DNA from: Oikopleura dioica
Lineage: Eukaryota > Animalia > Chordata
Assembly: GCA_907165135.1 (NCBI GenBank)
Contig: OU015568.1
Span: 6,014,001-6,078,000, forward strand
Direction of reading: 5' to 3'
DNA length: 64,000 bases
The notes under the pieces were generated by a model, which did no database searches, was not told the origin of the DNA, and was given only the letters and a program-made list of their open reading frames with translations. Shown here in pieces: positions 1 through 10,367 of this stretch (position 1 is the first letter of the stretch; each line of letters opens with the position of its first letter). A program made the position numbers and the translations under genes.

Positions 1-1200
1 CATCGGCTGCTCGGCGGGAATATTTGGGCTGAAACCGGTGACCTTGAAGGGACAGGGCTTCAGCATCTGGAGAAATTCGTCGGGAACGTAAGCAGCGGAC
101 AGACAGGAGGACTCGGCTCCGCTGTCGACTTCCATCGATACGTCAAAACTTTTAGAGCCCGTAATGATGGTAGCCGAAGCGAAATAAGCCTTTCCTGGTC
201 GCTTCTTCTTCACTGTGTAAAAGTGAACGTCGAATGGTTGGAAATCTTCAACGTTCTTAGTCGTATTTATCTTCTTGGATTCTGGTTGTTTATCGTCTTT
301 CCCATCCTTAGAATCGTTGCTGGCGCGCTTAGCATTCTTCTTCTTTTTGTTCTTATTTCTGTTGAAGTGCTGGGAGACGGTCGCGCTGTCAACTCGATTC
401 TGTCTTGTGGATTGGGCGAGACGGCAGAGTTCGTTGATATCGTAAACTTTTGATAGGCTTGGAAGGATTGCGTTGAAAACGTCTGGTTCTTCTTTCCTAA
501 GATTCAAGTACAGCATCATCGTCGAGAATATGTCAAATATTTCATCGACCCCGGCGTCGGCTGACTTCTCTTGTCGGTAAGAGTTCAAAGTCGCTTGCTT
601 CGCCTCGTTCATCTTTTGCAAGACGTTGGCGGTGTAGTGTGCAAACGGCTTCGAATGGTCGTATTCGACGTCGAAAACTTCGCTTAGCTTCAGTAAGTAG
701 TGACTCTTCGCGGCGAATGATTTCTCTAGCAGCGCCTTGGCCGATTTCCAGTCTTGACAATTCAGAAATTCGGTTCCAAGTGAGCGTTCGATGTTCAAGT
801 CGAAGTGGCTGTACACTGCTGCGATGAAAGGCTGTTCACGTGAAGGTCTGTCGCGGACGTAGGCGCGGTGATAAATGTCGGCTCTGCCCAAGAAGGTGTT
901 GAAAGATGTGTTGCATGCGGCGTCCAGCTTCGGCAAGTCTTGGACGTGACGAGACCAGGTAGTGGCCACCCATGCTTCTTCTCTCATTGTCGCATTCGTA
1001 GAGTCTTTTCCTTGATCGAGCTCGCAGGTAAGAAGCGTTGTACTGAGCTGTTCTAATTTTACTCTGCTTTCTGTGATCAAGGGCTCTAGGCTTGGCTTTA
1101 GTGATTCGTCATTTCGCACTTGTTCTTCGAGGTAGTTTACTCGATCGTTTATGCTTCTTATTTCGGTGACGGTTTCTAGCAGTGATTTGTTCGCCGCCAT
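1..1200 (-). CDS. Gag-Pol polyprotein (partial), gag in frame with the aspartic protease
   Basis: ATG at 1200 (MAANKSLLE...). The protease DSG codon starts at 126, offset 1074 nt = 358 codons, so it is in frame. Reads ...HFNRNKNKKKKNAKR...SFDVSMEVDSGAESS. Confidence 0.88.
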   Translation of the reverse strand, partial: MAANKSLLETVTEIRSINDRVNYLEEQVRNDESLKPSLEPLITESRVKLEQLSTTLLTCELDQGKDSTNATMREEAWVATTWSRHVQDLPKLDAACNTSFNTFLGRADIYHRAYVRDRPSREQPFIAAVYSHFDLNIERSLGTEFLNCQDWKSAKALLEKSFAAKSHYLLKLSEVFDVEYDHSKPFAHYTANVLQKMNEAKQATLNSYRQEKSADAGVDEIFDIFSTMMLYLNLRKEEPDVFNAILPSLSKVYDINELCRLAQSTRQNRVDSATVSQHFNRNKNKKKKNAKRASNDSKDGKDDKQPESKKINTTKNVEDFQPFDVHFYTVKKKRPGKAYFASATIITGSKSFDVSMEVDSGAESSCLSAAYVPDEFLQMLKPCPFKVTGFSPNIPAEQPM

Positions 1201-1704
1201 AGCTCGAAATATATCGGCAGTAAGGGTTTATGGGCCTTGGATTACCTTTCAGGCCCTCAGAAAATACTGCGACTAAAAGTCGCAATATGATGAGCTGAGG
1301 TGCCTTTTGCGCAAACGCCCGACGATTTCTCTGTCCAGCGATTGTCGAAATTTCAAGGTCTGGTCCAAGGGTCGATTCTTCGTAAACTTCTCTCGATTTT
1401 TGGTGAAAAGTGGCGAAAGAATTATGTTTTTCTCAGTATTTTAGGTTTTCCCCGGCGTGCGTGCGTGGTTGCGTGGGCGCGACTTTGGGCGCGTGGGTCG
1501 TGGTGGCGCTCGTGCGGTGGCGCTCGCTCGGGGTGGTGTTGGTGTGGTGCGGCGCGGAAAATTCTCTGAGTGGAGTTTCTCCGGCGGCGCGGTGGCGGTT
1601 GGTGATTCGGTTCCCCTCGACTCCGCTGACGGCCAATCAGCGTCCAAGTTGCGAAACTTCGGTTGTCGATGGCGGAAAAATTTATCTTTTCTCCAACGGG
1701 ACTA

Positions 1705-1715
1705 CTCTGACACCA
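1705..1715 (-). promoter_or_regulatory. Primer binding site of copy A (TGGTGTCAGAG), tRNA-Leu-like
   Basis: Begins 1 nt after the LTR end (...CCCTTCA G TGGTGTCAGAG). TGGTGTCAGA is complementary to the 3' end of typical eukaryotic tRNA-Leu(CAA). Confidence 0.75.
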
Positions 1716-1716
1716 C

Positions 1717-1972
1717 TGAAGGGATCCTAGCTTCTGCTGAATCTCCCACTTCTAGCGTAGTTTGCCTGCTCTCTATATCTGGACGAAGGAAGAAAACGAG
1801 TAAAGTATCTTTGACGTCTGTATTTCGAGCTGGAGTAAAATAGAGGTTAATTCACGAACTGCGAGAATTACCGAATGAAGAGAAATACACGGCGGCGACC
1901 GAGCAAAGCTCGATCTAGATAAGCAAGTGACCTTAGGGGACGAGGGAGTCTAACGAATCTAAGATCCCAATA
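1717..1972 (-). repeat. 5' LTR of copy A (256 bp, TA...CA)
   Basis: Same length and termini as the LTRs at 51677-51932 and 57930-58185, with a few substitutions. Confidence 0.93.
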
Positions 1973-1994
1973 ATTGCAAGAAAGACGTGCATAC

Positions 1995-2893
1995 CCTTAG
2001 CTTTCCTGACTCGACGGAGTTTGCGTATATCGACAAACTGGGCAAGTGGAGTCTTCCTATTTTTTCAAACATTGAGAGTGGAAGGAATGATTGCAAAGAA
2101 CGGTTGAAACGGACTTCACCGACTCGTCCATTCGCTCCAAACAAATCGTACAAGCAGGCAGCTCGGTGAGATTCGGTAATGGCCAGCCTGCGCTTTCTCC
2201 AGCGTGAAGCAGTTCCACTTTTCCCACATACGTGATTTACGAAAACCTTTATAACTTTTTATGTGACGGCTTTTCTTTACCTTGGCAAGTTTCTTCTAAG
2301 AGCGAGTTGAATTTCTGCCCAGTAATTGAGTGATAAAAAGTATCGGCACTTTGTTACTCGTCGAATTTTAAGAGAACCATGTACTGATTCAGAGACTGGT
2401 CGCGCACGATCTTGATGTGTTCTATTTTCTTGTCGTAATTTCCGAGTGAACGGAGCAGATCCTGCGTGTCTAGATCCACTGGAACATGTAGGAGCAGGAG
2501 CATGTCGCTAGGCCTTCCTCCGTGATGTTGAAGCCGTAGTTTGTCTTGTACAAGTGAATCAGCCCTTGAACTGATTTAAAAGGAACTTGGGTTGGGAAAA
2601 GTTACCTTGGACAGATTCTATCGCAGCAAGACCGGACATGAACGGTTTTCGGTCGATGAGTTCGTTAGTCACTTTTTGCGATAGGTTCTGAGAGGGAAAA
2701 GATGTTGAAGATGAATTGCTTGAGTTTGAGTTACCTTGAGAGCGTCGGCGAAGGTAGATTCTACCTGAAAATCGACGGATTCGATTGAGTACTCGACGAA
2801 TTGCCGAGATCAACGCATTTCTTGGGATTTTTCTCTGTCATTCGAGGACATGATATTGACTGCTGATTCTTTTCTACCTCGGCGGGCTTTCAT
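1995..2893 (-). pseudogene. BRAP: BRCA1-associated protein (BRAP/BRAP2) RING E3 ligase, disabled and interrupted by LTR copy A
   Basis: Spliced translation GLIHLYKT...IEHIKIVRDQSLNQYMVLLKF...ELPACTICLERMDESV...[27 protein letters not shown]. In-frame TAA at 2354-2356 and TAG at 2057-2059, plus a frameshift. Short GT-AG introns. Confidence 0.85.
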
Positions 2894-3086
2894 AGGACTA
2901 GAAAGAAGCAAATGAAATGTGTGATGTGATAGAAACTTAAGTTGTTAGTTTCAAATCAGAAAATAAGAAAATGCATCTTCAAAACTTAACGGAAACTTAC
3001 TTATCAGAGCATTCTCGGAGACTAAATAATTATGAAACTGATAATTATCTAATAACCTGGAAGATAAATACTTTTTCTAAATAAAT

Positions 3087-3960
3087 TTACCTCAAATCAA
3101 AAGCGTCGTGCTGAAAACTCTCAAAAATAACGGCTCTTTCGATATTCTGCGCATTTTTGATTCCATGAAGAGGGTCGCATTTCACATCGTCCTCCACTTC
3201 TCCCTCCAAGTCTTCCAGATCTCCACGTCCGCCAAGCAACTCGCTCAACAAAATCGCCGTCTGGCCGTTTGTCCCAAAATAAATCGTGTCAGATTCAACT
3301 TCGCCGGAGGAGTCTTCTTCGAAATCATCTTCGCCGTCATCCAAAATTTCTAATTCTCATGGCAAGGTTGGCCTTTCTCTTTCGATGATTCCTTCCACAA
3401 AGCCGACGGAAAGCTCTCTTCTACCATCCTCAAGTTGATCGGCCAAAGGAGGACGCATCCAGTTGATTTCCTTCGAATGGCCGGCGCAGACGAGCGGGAG
3501 GATCCAGTACTCGATCGAGGTTATTTCTATCAACCTTTCTGAGTTTGAAAGGTGCTCCATTGTGAAGTCGATCGGCGCGCTTTTCGATAGTTGTTTCAGC
3601 TTCAGAAGGAGCTCATAGAGTAGCGTAAACCACGTTCCAGAGATCAGGATGCGAGTCTAAGTGGATCATTTGAAGCCTCTTTGCCCCCAATTGACATCGA
3701 CGGCGACATCCGCCGAAAGGGCCGAAACCGGCGCGAACTTCTCAACAAGAAGTGAATCCCAGCCAAGAACCTCTCCATTTCCTCCGCTTAAAATATCTGG
3801 CAGACCAGGAAACCAATTGGTGCATTTGCAATTCTGAAATTCGTACAAACAGCATGCAGCTTTTTCTGTACTGGCAAAGTTTTTACTTTTCAAAGAAATT
3901 TCGGAAAAGCCGCTTTGCGGCTTCTTTTGACTAAGGGGTAGTTCAGCTATAAATTTCAAC
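3087..3960 (-). pseudogene. Importin-9-like C-terminal fragment (tentative)
   Basis: Acidic tail ...GQTAILLSELLGG...EVEDDVKCDPLHGI resembles the importin-9 C-terminus (GQLLSDIL...DPLYQI). Frames are broken. Confidence 0.35.
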
Positions 3961-4208
3961 TGTTTCAGAACCTGACTCAGGAATTCTTGTTTTTTCGGAA
4001 AGGCGAGAGTTTGGAAAAAATATACTTTTACGCCTTGTCCTTTTTCAAGTCTTCAATTTTCTCCTTTTTACGAAAAAAGACTGAGGAGCATTTTAGTCGG
4101 AGCGAAAGAAAAAGCCGCAAAAATAGCCCACAGCTTCAAATAAAACATTTTATCTCGAAATAAAAAGCCAATTCTAGCAGCTGAACATCCCCCTTTTTCT
4201 CCGGAAAG

Positions 4209-4275
4209 TGACAGGAGTGGGATTCGAACCCACGTCCCGGAAAAATCCGCGCTCTGGCCGCTGAGCTACCCTGTT
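4209..4275 (-). tRNA. tRNA-Leu-like pseudogene or tRNA-derived element with a collapsed anticodon/variable arm
   Basis: AACAGGG TA GCTC AGCGGCCA GAGC G CGGATTTTTCCGGGAC GTGGG TTCGAAT CCCAC TCCTGTC A. Acceptor stem, D arm (A box) and T arm (B box) are present; only 16 nt lie between D and T arms. Confidence 0.7.
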
Positions 4276-5439
4276 TTATCACTTCCGGTGACAAAAAGGG
4301 ACTCTCTGCCGCTTGAATTCGGCTTTCTATTTTAGAATAACTGAGTCAGGGTCATTCAAAAGCTTTTTAAAGCTTTTTTCCGAATGATTCCCCCATTTTT
4401 TAAAAGAGCTCGTTCCAAGGATCAGGAATCGTAGTGGATCATTTTTGGATGAAGAAGAAACATTCCGAGTGCACTTCAACGACTCTCAATTCCATCTTTG
4501 GCATTCTAAAAACAATATTTTCAAAAACTTTCTCGAAAGTTCATTCTTCGTTCATTTCCGCTTCTTCTTCAGAACCGTCAGAAATCTCGATAAGGGAGTC
4601 TTCGTCCGAGTCTTGCTCCGACTCCGAGTCTGAGTTTGGAATGATCGCCCGCGAAGAAGACTCTTTTTCGAGGAAGGGCGGCGGACTGTGATTATTTTGG
4701 AATCGGCCTCGCTTTTCGAGCTCTTCTGAAAACTATTTCATAAAAATTTCATAGCAGAATTCGAACCTGTTTCGTGGAAGGAGTCGCGTCTCTTGATCAA
4801 ATTAACTTCCTTCATCAGCATTTTTCTTTCTGTTTTCCGATTTCGTGGCCGACCATGCTCTGCGCCTTGCTGTTGCCGTCGAAAAAGATCGTCGTCCCGA
4901 GCGTTCTTTCGTAGTTTCCTTTGCAAAAAATTATGTTGACTTGCTTTTCTCTGCTTCCTAAAGCTAAAATGTTTCGCTCCGCGCGCGGACCAATCAGCGC
5001 GCGCGGAGATTCCAAAAGCGAGAAAAAAGAGAAAAGCCGAAAAATGGTGCTAAGGGATGAAAATGAAGAAAACAGTGAACTAGAGAACAAGAAATAAAAA
5101 GAAGGGGTTTTCTTCACTGATTATTTTTGATCTGCACTCGATTGAATGTGAAATTACTGTAGCAAGCTAACTGAAGCGATCTTTAGAATAAGGCCCAATC
5201 GGCCATTTGTCTGATGAGCGGCTGAGATGAGCGTGGCTAATCTCGTGAATGACTTCTTCAGGGCTGAAATGGAGGGGATCGCGAGCTAATCGACAACAAC
5301 GACGAGAAAGGAACTCCAAGGAAAGACTCCTCGAAAAATCTAGCGCAACCGTTTCTTCCCCTCTCGCAAGCCAAGAAATACCAACTCGTAAAACAGCTGT
5401 TTCAGTCTTCGCAATCGTCGTCCGTCAAAAACATTCCGC

Positions 5440-7050
5440 TGGAGAAACGATTGTTGTAATTGGAGCTGGACCATCAGGAATTTCTACAGCCAGACAGTTT
5501 CATTATTTTGGATTCAATGTGAAGATTCTAGAGGCGAGGAAGAGGATAGGAGGACGAGTTCATGTTTGGGCACCTTAGGTTCGTTTGAGTGAAAAAGCTC
5601 ACTTATCGTCCATTTTAAGGTAGCTGTAGGAGCAATGGTCATCAACGGCCGCCAAAACAACCCTATCATCACCATGAGTCGTCAAATCTACCACGATGTC
5701 CACATCCTCGGAAGCCAATGCGGCCTTTTGTCAAATCCGAATCGATGGCTCGTGGACCAGACTTGAGAATGGAGCATCATTTCAACACGATTTTGGACAT
5801 TTTATCCGACTGGAGATTAGACAAGAAAAAGGACATTCCACTCATCGTCGCTCACAAAGAATGCGTCAGCCAAAGCGCGGAAAGATACTCAAAAACAGAA
5901 ATGAAACTGCTCGACCTCCACATCAACAACTTGGAATACGCCTGTGGAGCGAGCCTTTCTAGCGTTTCAGCGCTCAATTGGGACCAGAACGAGCGTTTTC
6001 CGCAATTTGGCAGGGATCATGCGATCGTGACATACGGATTTTCTGATGTTTTGGAAGAATTGTCGAAACCGCTGAATACAGAGTTTGAAATTTTTCGGTT
6101 TACCGGTGGCGAGCATTGATCATTCTGGGGAAAAGGTGGTCGTCGAAACGACTCATCGGGAGAAAATTGAGGCGGATAGGATCGGATACAGAATACAATT
6201 TTCTAAAAAGGTTGAAATAAGACTTTTGTATCCATTTCAAAAGTTCTTCGTGTCAATCCCACTCATGCTCGCTCTCATGAAAAAGAAAATCATCAAATTC
6301 ACCCCCGACTTATCTCCGCGAAAATGGCGCGCTGTAGAAAACATCGGCGCCGGCCTGATAGAATAATGCCTCCTCCGCTTCGATTCAAAATGGTGGAGTT
6401 ACATGATCGGTGGCGCTGATTTCTTTGGCTCCATCAGGCGTCGACGCTGATGATGAACACGATACGTCGGGGATTTTTAATGTGTTCTACGATATTCCAT
6501 CGGCTGAGAGTGATCATTTTACGCTCATGTCGATCGCAGCTGGAGCTTCGCTTGATATTTATCATTCGATGAGTGATAAACAGCTCGTTTCCAGTGCGAT
6601 GGCGACGCTTCAAGGCAAGAGTCAATTAACAAGCTCCTTTTTACTTGAATTGTCGCCATTTTGTGACTCTTAAAAAAGAAATCTTCAAAGAAAACACGAG
6701 CCCAGAGCCCCTGAGCTTCCACATTACACGCTGAGGAAAAGAAGAATACTCCCATATGAGTTATTCTTTTATCAAACTCGGTTCAACCGGAAAAGACTAC
6801 GACAAAATGGCGGAACCAGCTTCCGATCGATTATTTTTCGATGGAGAAGCCACCAATCGGTACGTTTAAGCGCATCCCTCTATAAAAAATGTTTGATAGG
6901 TATTTCCCACATACAGTGACAGGAGTGACAGTCCCTACTTGTCCGGAGTTCGCGAAGCAGCGAGAATTTTCAAGCTAGAACACAAGAAACTCAACCCTGA
7001 TTCGAAATTCTACGGCGACTCGATTTTCGAACAAACTTCTCTTCATCCCC
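5440..7050 (+). pseudogene. KDM1B: Lysine-specific demethylase LSD2 amine-oxidase domain, 5'-truncated and disabled
   Basis: VIGAGPSG...LEARKRIGGRV, NLEYACGASLSSVSALNWDQNE, GAGLIE*, GEATNR.YFPHTVTG, LSGVREA. TAA at 6364-6366, TGA at 6732-6734 (conserved W), 8-nt insertion at 6926-6933. No SWIRM/zf-CW region seen upstream. Confidence 0.9.
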
Positions 7051-7342
7051 AGGTAAAGAAATCATCCCTTTTCTTCCCTTATCGTTCTCTAAGAAGCGAA
7101 AGAGCGAGTCAATCAACCAAAAACCGCCTTCAAAGAAGATTAAACGACGAAAATCCGAGCCGATTCCGACCATGTAACCGACCATGTAAAATCTTGTTTC
7201 CTTATTTTTCATATTCACATGTTTTTTCTTCTTCCAAAGCTTTACCTTTTTCTCACTGCCTTCATTGTTCTTCTTTTTGCTGCAATATCTTTAATATATT
7301 TTCTTATGCTTGAATCAATGGTCAAAATATTGGTTAAGGAAT

Positions 7343-7690
7343 TCGAAAATTTCGGCTATGGTCAATTTTTGGAGTTAAGAAGATTTGGAGTAAGCCAAAA
7401 GGAGCAACTTTATTTTCCGGAAAAATTCCAAATCGGAGCAAAATTTCAAAGCCGATTTTAAGGGTGTTGCAGAAATATTTAAGGGTATCTGAATAGCTCA
7501 AAAGAAAGCCCGGGCCCCGAGGCGCGTTTTTGCCGGGGTTTGAAAGGGCCGGGAGGCCCTTAACACTATTAAAATCGGCTTTGAAATTTTGCTCCGATTT
7601 GGAGTATTTCCGGAAAATATAATTGCTCCTTTTAGCTTACTCCAAATCTTCTTAACTCCAAAAATTGTGTCGAGCCGAAAATTTCAATTT
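7343..7690. mobile_element. Foldback/MITE with about 120-bp inverted arms around a TTAA-bounded GC-rich core
   Basis: 7343-7462 is the reverse complement of 7568-7690 (caatttttggagttaagaagatttggagtaagc...tttcaaagccgattttaa). Confidence 0.8.
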
Positions 7691-8039
7691 TCAGATGAAC
7701 TGACAGAGAAAAAGTGAAAGGGGATTAAAATGGCCCGATTTTCACATGTTTCAGGACTGATTATTTTCCTTCTAGCGCTGGTTTTTCTTTTTATAATCGA
7801 CTTGCATATGCAAGGCCTACAGGTACAATGGTGTGTTAACTCTTTGCCCGAAGAGTCTTCAACTGCCAGAAGCCTCAAAGATCGCCTCTCCTTTTCCAAC
7901 TCTCAAGAATCACCAGCTGTACTTCATGAAGAATTTGTCCAGTCGCTAGAAAATCCCATTGTGCGCCTTTCCAGTCTCTCCCGCTCCTCGCTGCAGAATT
8001 TTCCCTCTTTGAAATTCGTCCTCGCTTCACTCACCGCAA

Positions 8040-8480
8040 ACGCTGCTTATAGGCTATGAAGTATAGCGATGTCGGAGAAGCGATGCTAGAGAATTTGATG
8101 GTTTCTATTGGCAGATTCGCAGGCAACTGCTCGAAATGTCTATTTCCGAAGCCTACTGGCTCGTACCACTGCTCCGTCTGTGCCAAATTCGTCATTTAGA
8201 TGGGTAACCATTCTCTCTCAATTCATCCCTTTTGAACCTCTTCGCTTTAGACCACCACTTTCCCTGGATCAACAACTGCGTCTGCCATTTCAACCGGCGC
8301 TTCTTCTTGAACTTCTGCCTCTGGACGACGATCGGCTGCGGCTACTTCTCGCTGGTCGGCTATCCCTATCTTCGGCAAAATAAACCAAGAAGACGACGAC
8401 AAAATCAGCAACCGTCAGCGCGCCAAAACGACCGGTCACTGCTCGTCCCGCTTTTGGATCTTGCGCGAAACCGGCAAAAC
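8040..8480 (+). pseudogene. DHHC palmitoyltransferase (ZDHHC16-like), disabled
   Basis: CSKCLFPKPTGSYHCSVCAKFVI*MDHHFPWINNCVCHFNRRFFLNFC. TAG at 8197-8199; catalytic DHHC changed to DHHF; intron 8204-8250. Confidence 0.8.
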
Positions 8481-8529
8481 CAGTTGTTACTTCTTGACCG
8501 GCGAGTGTGAAACCAATGGTCAATTGGCA

Positions 8530-9147
8530 ATGATTGATCGAGCGAAGAGCACGCTGAATTCTCGACTTGATACTGGATTTGCGCTAAAGCCAAGAACGAT
8601 GAGTGCGAAGAGTTCGATTCCACCGCGGCAAGCTTCAGCCAAACCACGACCTGTTACTACTTCAACTTCTGCGAGTCGATTTGGCGCATTTGCGAAGACT
8701 GGCGTGAGTAAAACTGAGAGAAAGCCTGGTGCAACAAAGAAAGAGGAAGCGAAGAAGGTGGTCCAGCCGACCTCTTCAAAGACGAAACCAGGTGTGATTC
8801 AGCCAAAGGTTGTCTCACGATTCGGCCAAGCTTCATCTTCTAGCAAGAAAGAAGTGCAGAAAGTTAAACCAGCGAGTAGTTCAGTAACTGCACCAGGGAA
8901 GAGCACGGCAGCGACGAATCCGAAGCCAAAGATTCCGACTTCGACGATGGAAAAGCCTGAAAAGTCGAAGCCGCTTACGGCCAAGGCAGCTGAAGTTACT
9001 GAGAGACTTTTGAGTAAGACGCCAAAAACGCCTCGCGATAAACCAGCAGAGTCTAAGACTCCTGCTTCTTCCTCTGCATCTTTGAAAGCGAAAACACCAG
9101 TGCGACCGAAGACTCCAGTGGCGAAAACGCCAGCTAAAACTTCTTGA
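8530..9147 (+). CDS. Basic Lys/Ser/Thr/Pro-rich disordered ORF of unknown family (microtubule-associated-protein-like composition)
   Basis: Open for more than 200 codons, with repeated KTP motifs; no recognisable domain. Confidence 0.45.
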   Translation: MIDRAKSTLNSRLDTGFALKPRTMSAKSSIPPRQASAKPRPVTTSTSASRFGAFAKTGVSKTERKPGATKKEEAKKVVQPTSSKTKPGVIQPKVVSRFGQASSSSKKEVQKVKPASSSVTAPGKSTAATNPKPKIPTSTMEKPEKSKPLTAKAAEVTERLLSKTPKTPRDKPAESKTPASSSASLKAKTPVRPKTPVAKTPAKTS

Positions 9148-9685
9148 TTCAGCTTTTGACGACGAACTAATCAACCCAACGAGTAAAAAAGCAGTCTTCG
9201 TGTTCGAGCAAGTTGTCCCAGGATTAAAGACGAACGACAAATGCCAAGCCACATTTAACGTAACTACAGCTGAATTTAACAAGTCCTAAAAAGCTTTTTA
9301 AGGATGTCGCCTGGGAAGTTGCCGGAAAGGGCTTTGTCACCTCCGCCAATTTGACTAATGTTCAAGTCAAATAAGCGATCTGAAGAAAGACCGTCGATTC
9401 ACTAGGCTGCTACTCAAAATACTTGATAGGGACAATTTGAAATTAATGATAATCACCTTTCTACTTTAAGAATTTTGATGAATCGAATCGTTTTTCGCCG
9501 AATCGTTCCTTTTGCTAGTTTATCCTCGATCCAGGTAAAAAGAACGATTGGATTCGAGGTGATTTTAAAGCGATTGAAAGCTCTTCTGGAACGAGAAGGA
9601 ATCGAGAAATGTGTTGGCGAAAGATAGAAGCTACATAATCGAAGATTCCTCTGGAACGATTGAATATTGAAACTCGTACAAGAAA

Positions 9686-10330
9686 ATGCGATTATTTGGG
9701 TATTTCGGCTGTCCTTACTGCGCCAATGTAAGGGCCTATGTTAAATTTCGGGGAATCGATAACAAAGACGTCGAAGTCAGCATTGGCAAGCCAGAGCTGA
9801 AGGGTGTCATTGAAAACTACTTACAAGGTAAATTGCTTGTTCCTTTTGGCAAAGAATAGTCATTTTTAGTGCCCGTCCTCGCCTTCTACAACAACAGCAG
9901 TAGCGAGCCCGACGCAGTAGTGAAGGACTCCGGAGCGATCGTCTCGACTCTGGAGCAAGTGCTCCGATTAGTGGCCGAGCCGATGAGCGAAATCGCCAAA
10001 TAATACTTCGACGAAAAGGGTAAATTCATCAAGAGCAAGGTGCCGATCCTGACGAAAGATGGACAGATCCAGACAGTAAATTCGTTCAAGACGGAATTCT
10101 ATATATCGAAGCTTTTGCAGTAATCAACTTGACTGAAGGGACGAGCGCTTGGGAGCAGTACGAACAGAGTCCCGAGCTGATGCAGTGGTACTACTCAGTC
10201 CAGCACGCGCTCGACACTCATCAGGGCATGCTCTAAGCACTGGCCCCACTGAATCACTTTTAGACTTGAAAACCGTCCAAACTTCATTCTTCAAAAGATA
10301 ACTAACCAAGGAATCAAGGCCCAAGCTTGT
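9686..10330 (+). pseudogene. Glutaredoxin/GST-N fold protein, PTGES2 (mPGES-2)-like, left copy
   Basis: LFGYFGCPYCANVRAY...VEV...VPVL...VKDSGAIVSTL. In-frame TAA at 10001-10003, shared with the right copy. Confidence 0.7.
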
Positions 10331-10367
10331 GAAATTACTAGATGTTTTCATTCGTCTTCATTTTAGA

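Larger units (their letters stand above)
1..1972 (-). mobile_element. Ty3/gypsy (Tor-like) LTR retrotransposon, copy A: 5' LTR, leader, gag and protease, running off the window start
   Basis: Reverse complement is near-identical to 51677-53675 of the full-length copy B. Confidence 0.95.

Noticed and set aside
1300-1843. Extra ORFs in the retrotransposon leader (also 51806-52567)
   Set aside because: GC-rich, stop-poor overlapping frames on both strands whose ends differ between copies A and B; no domain signal.
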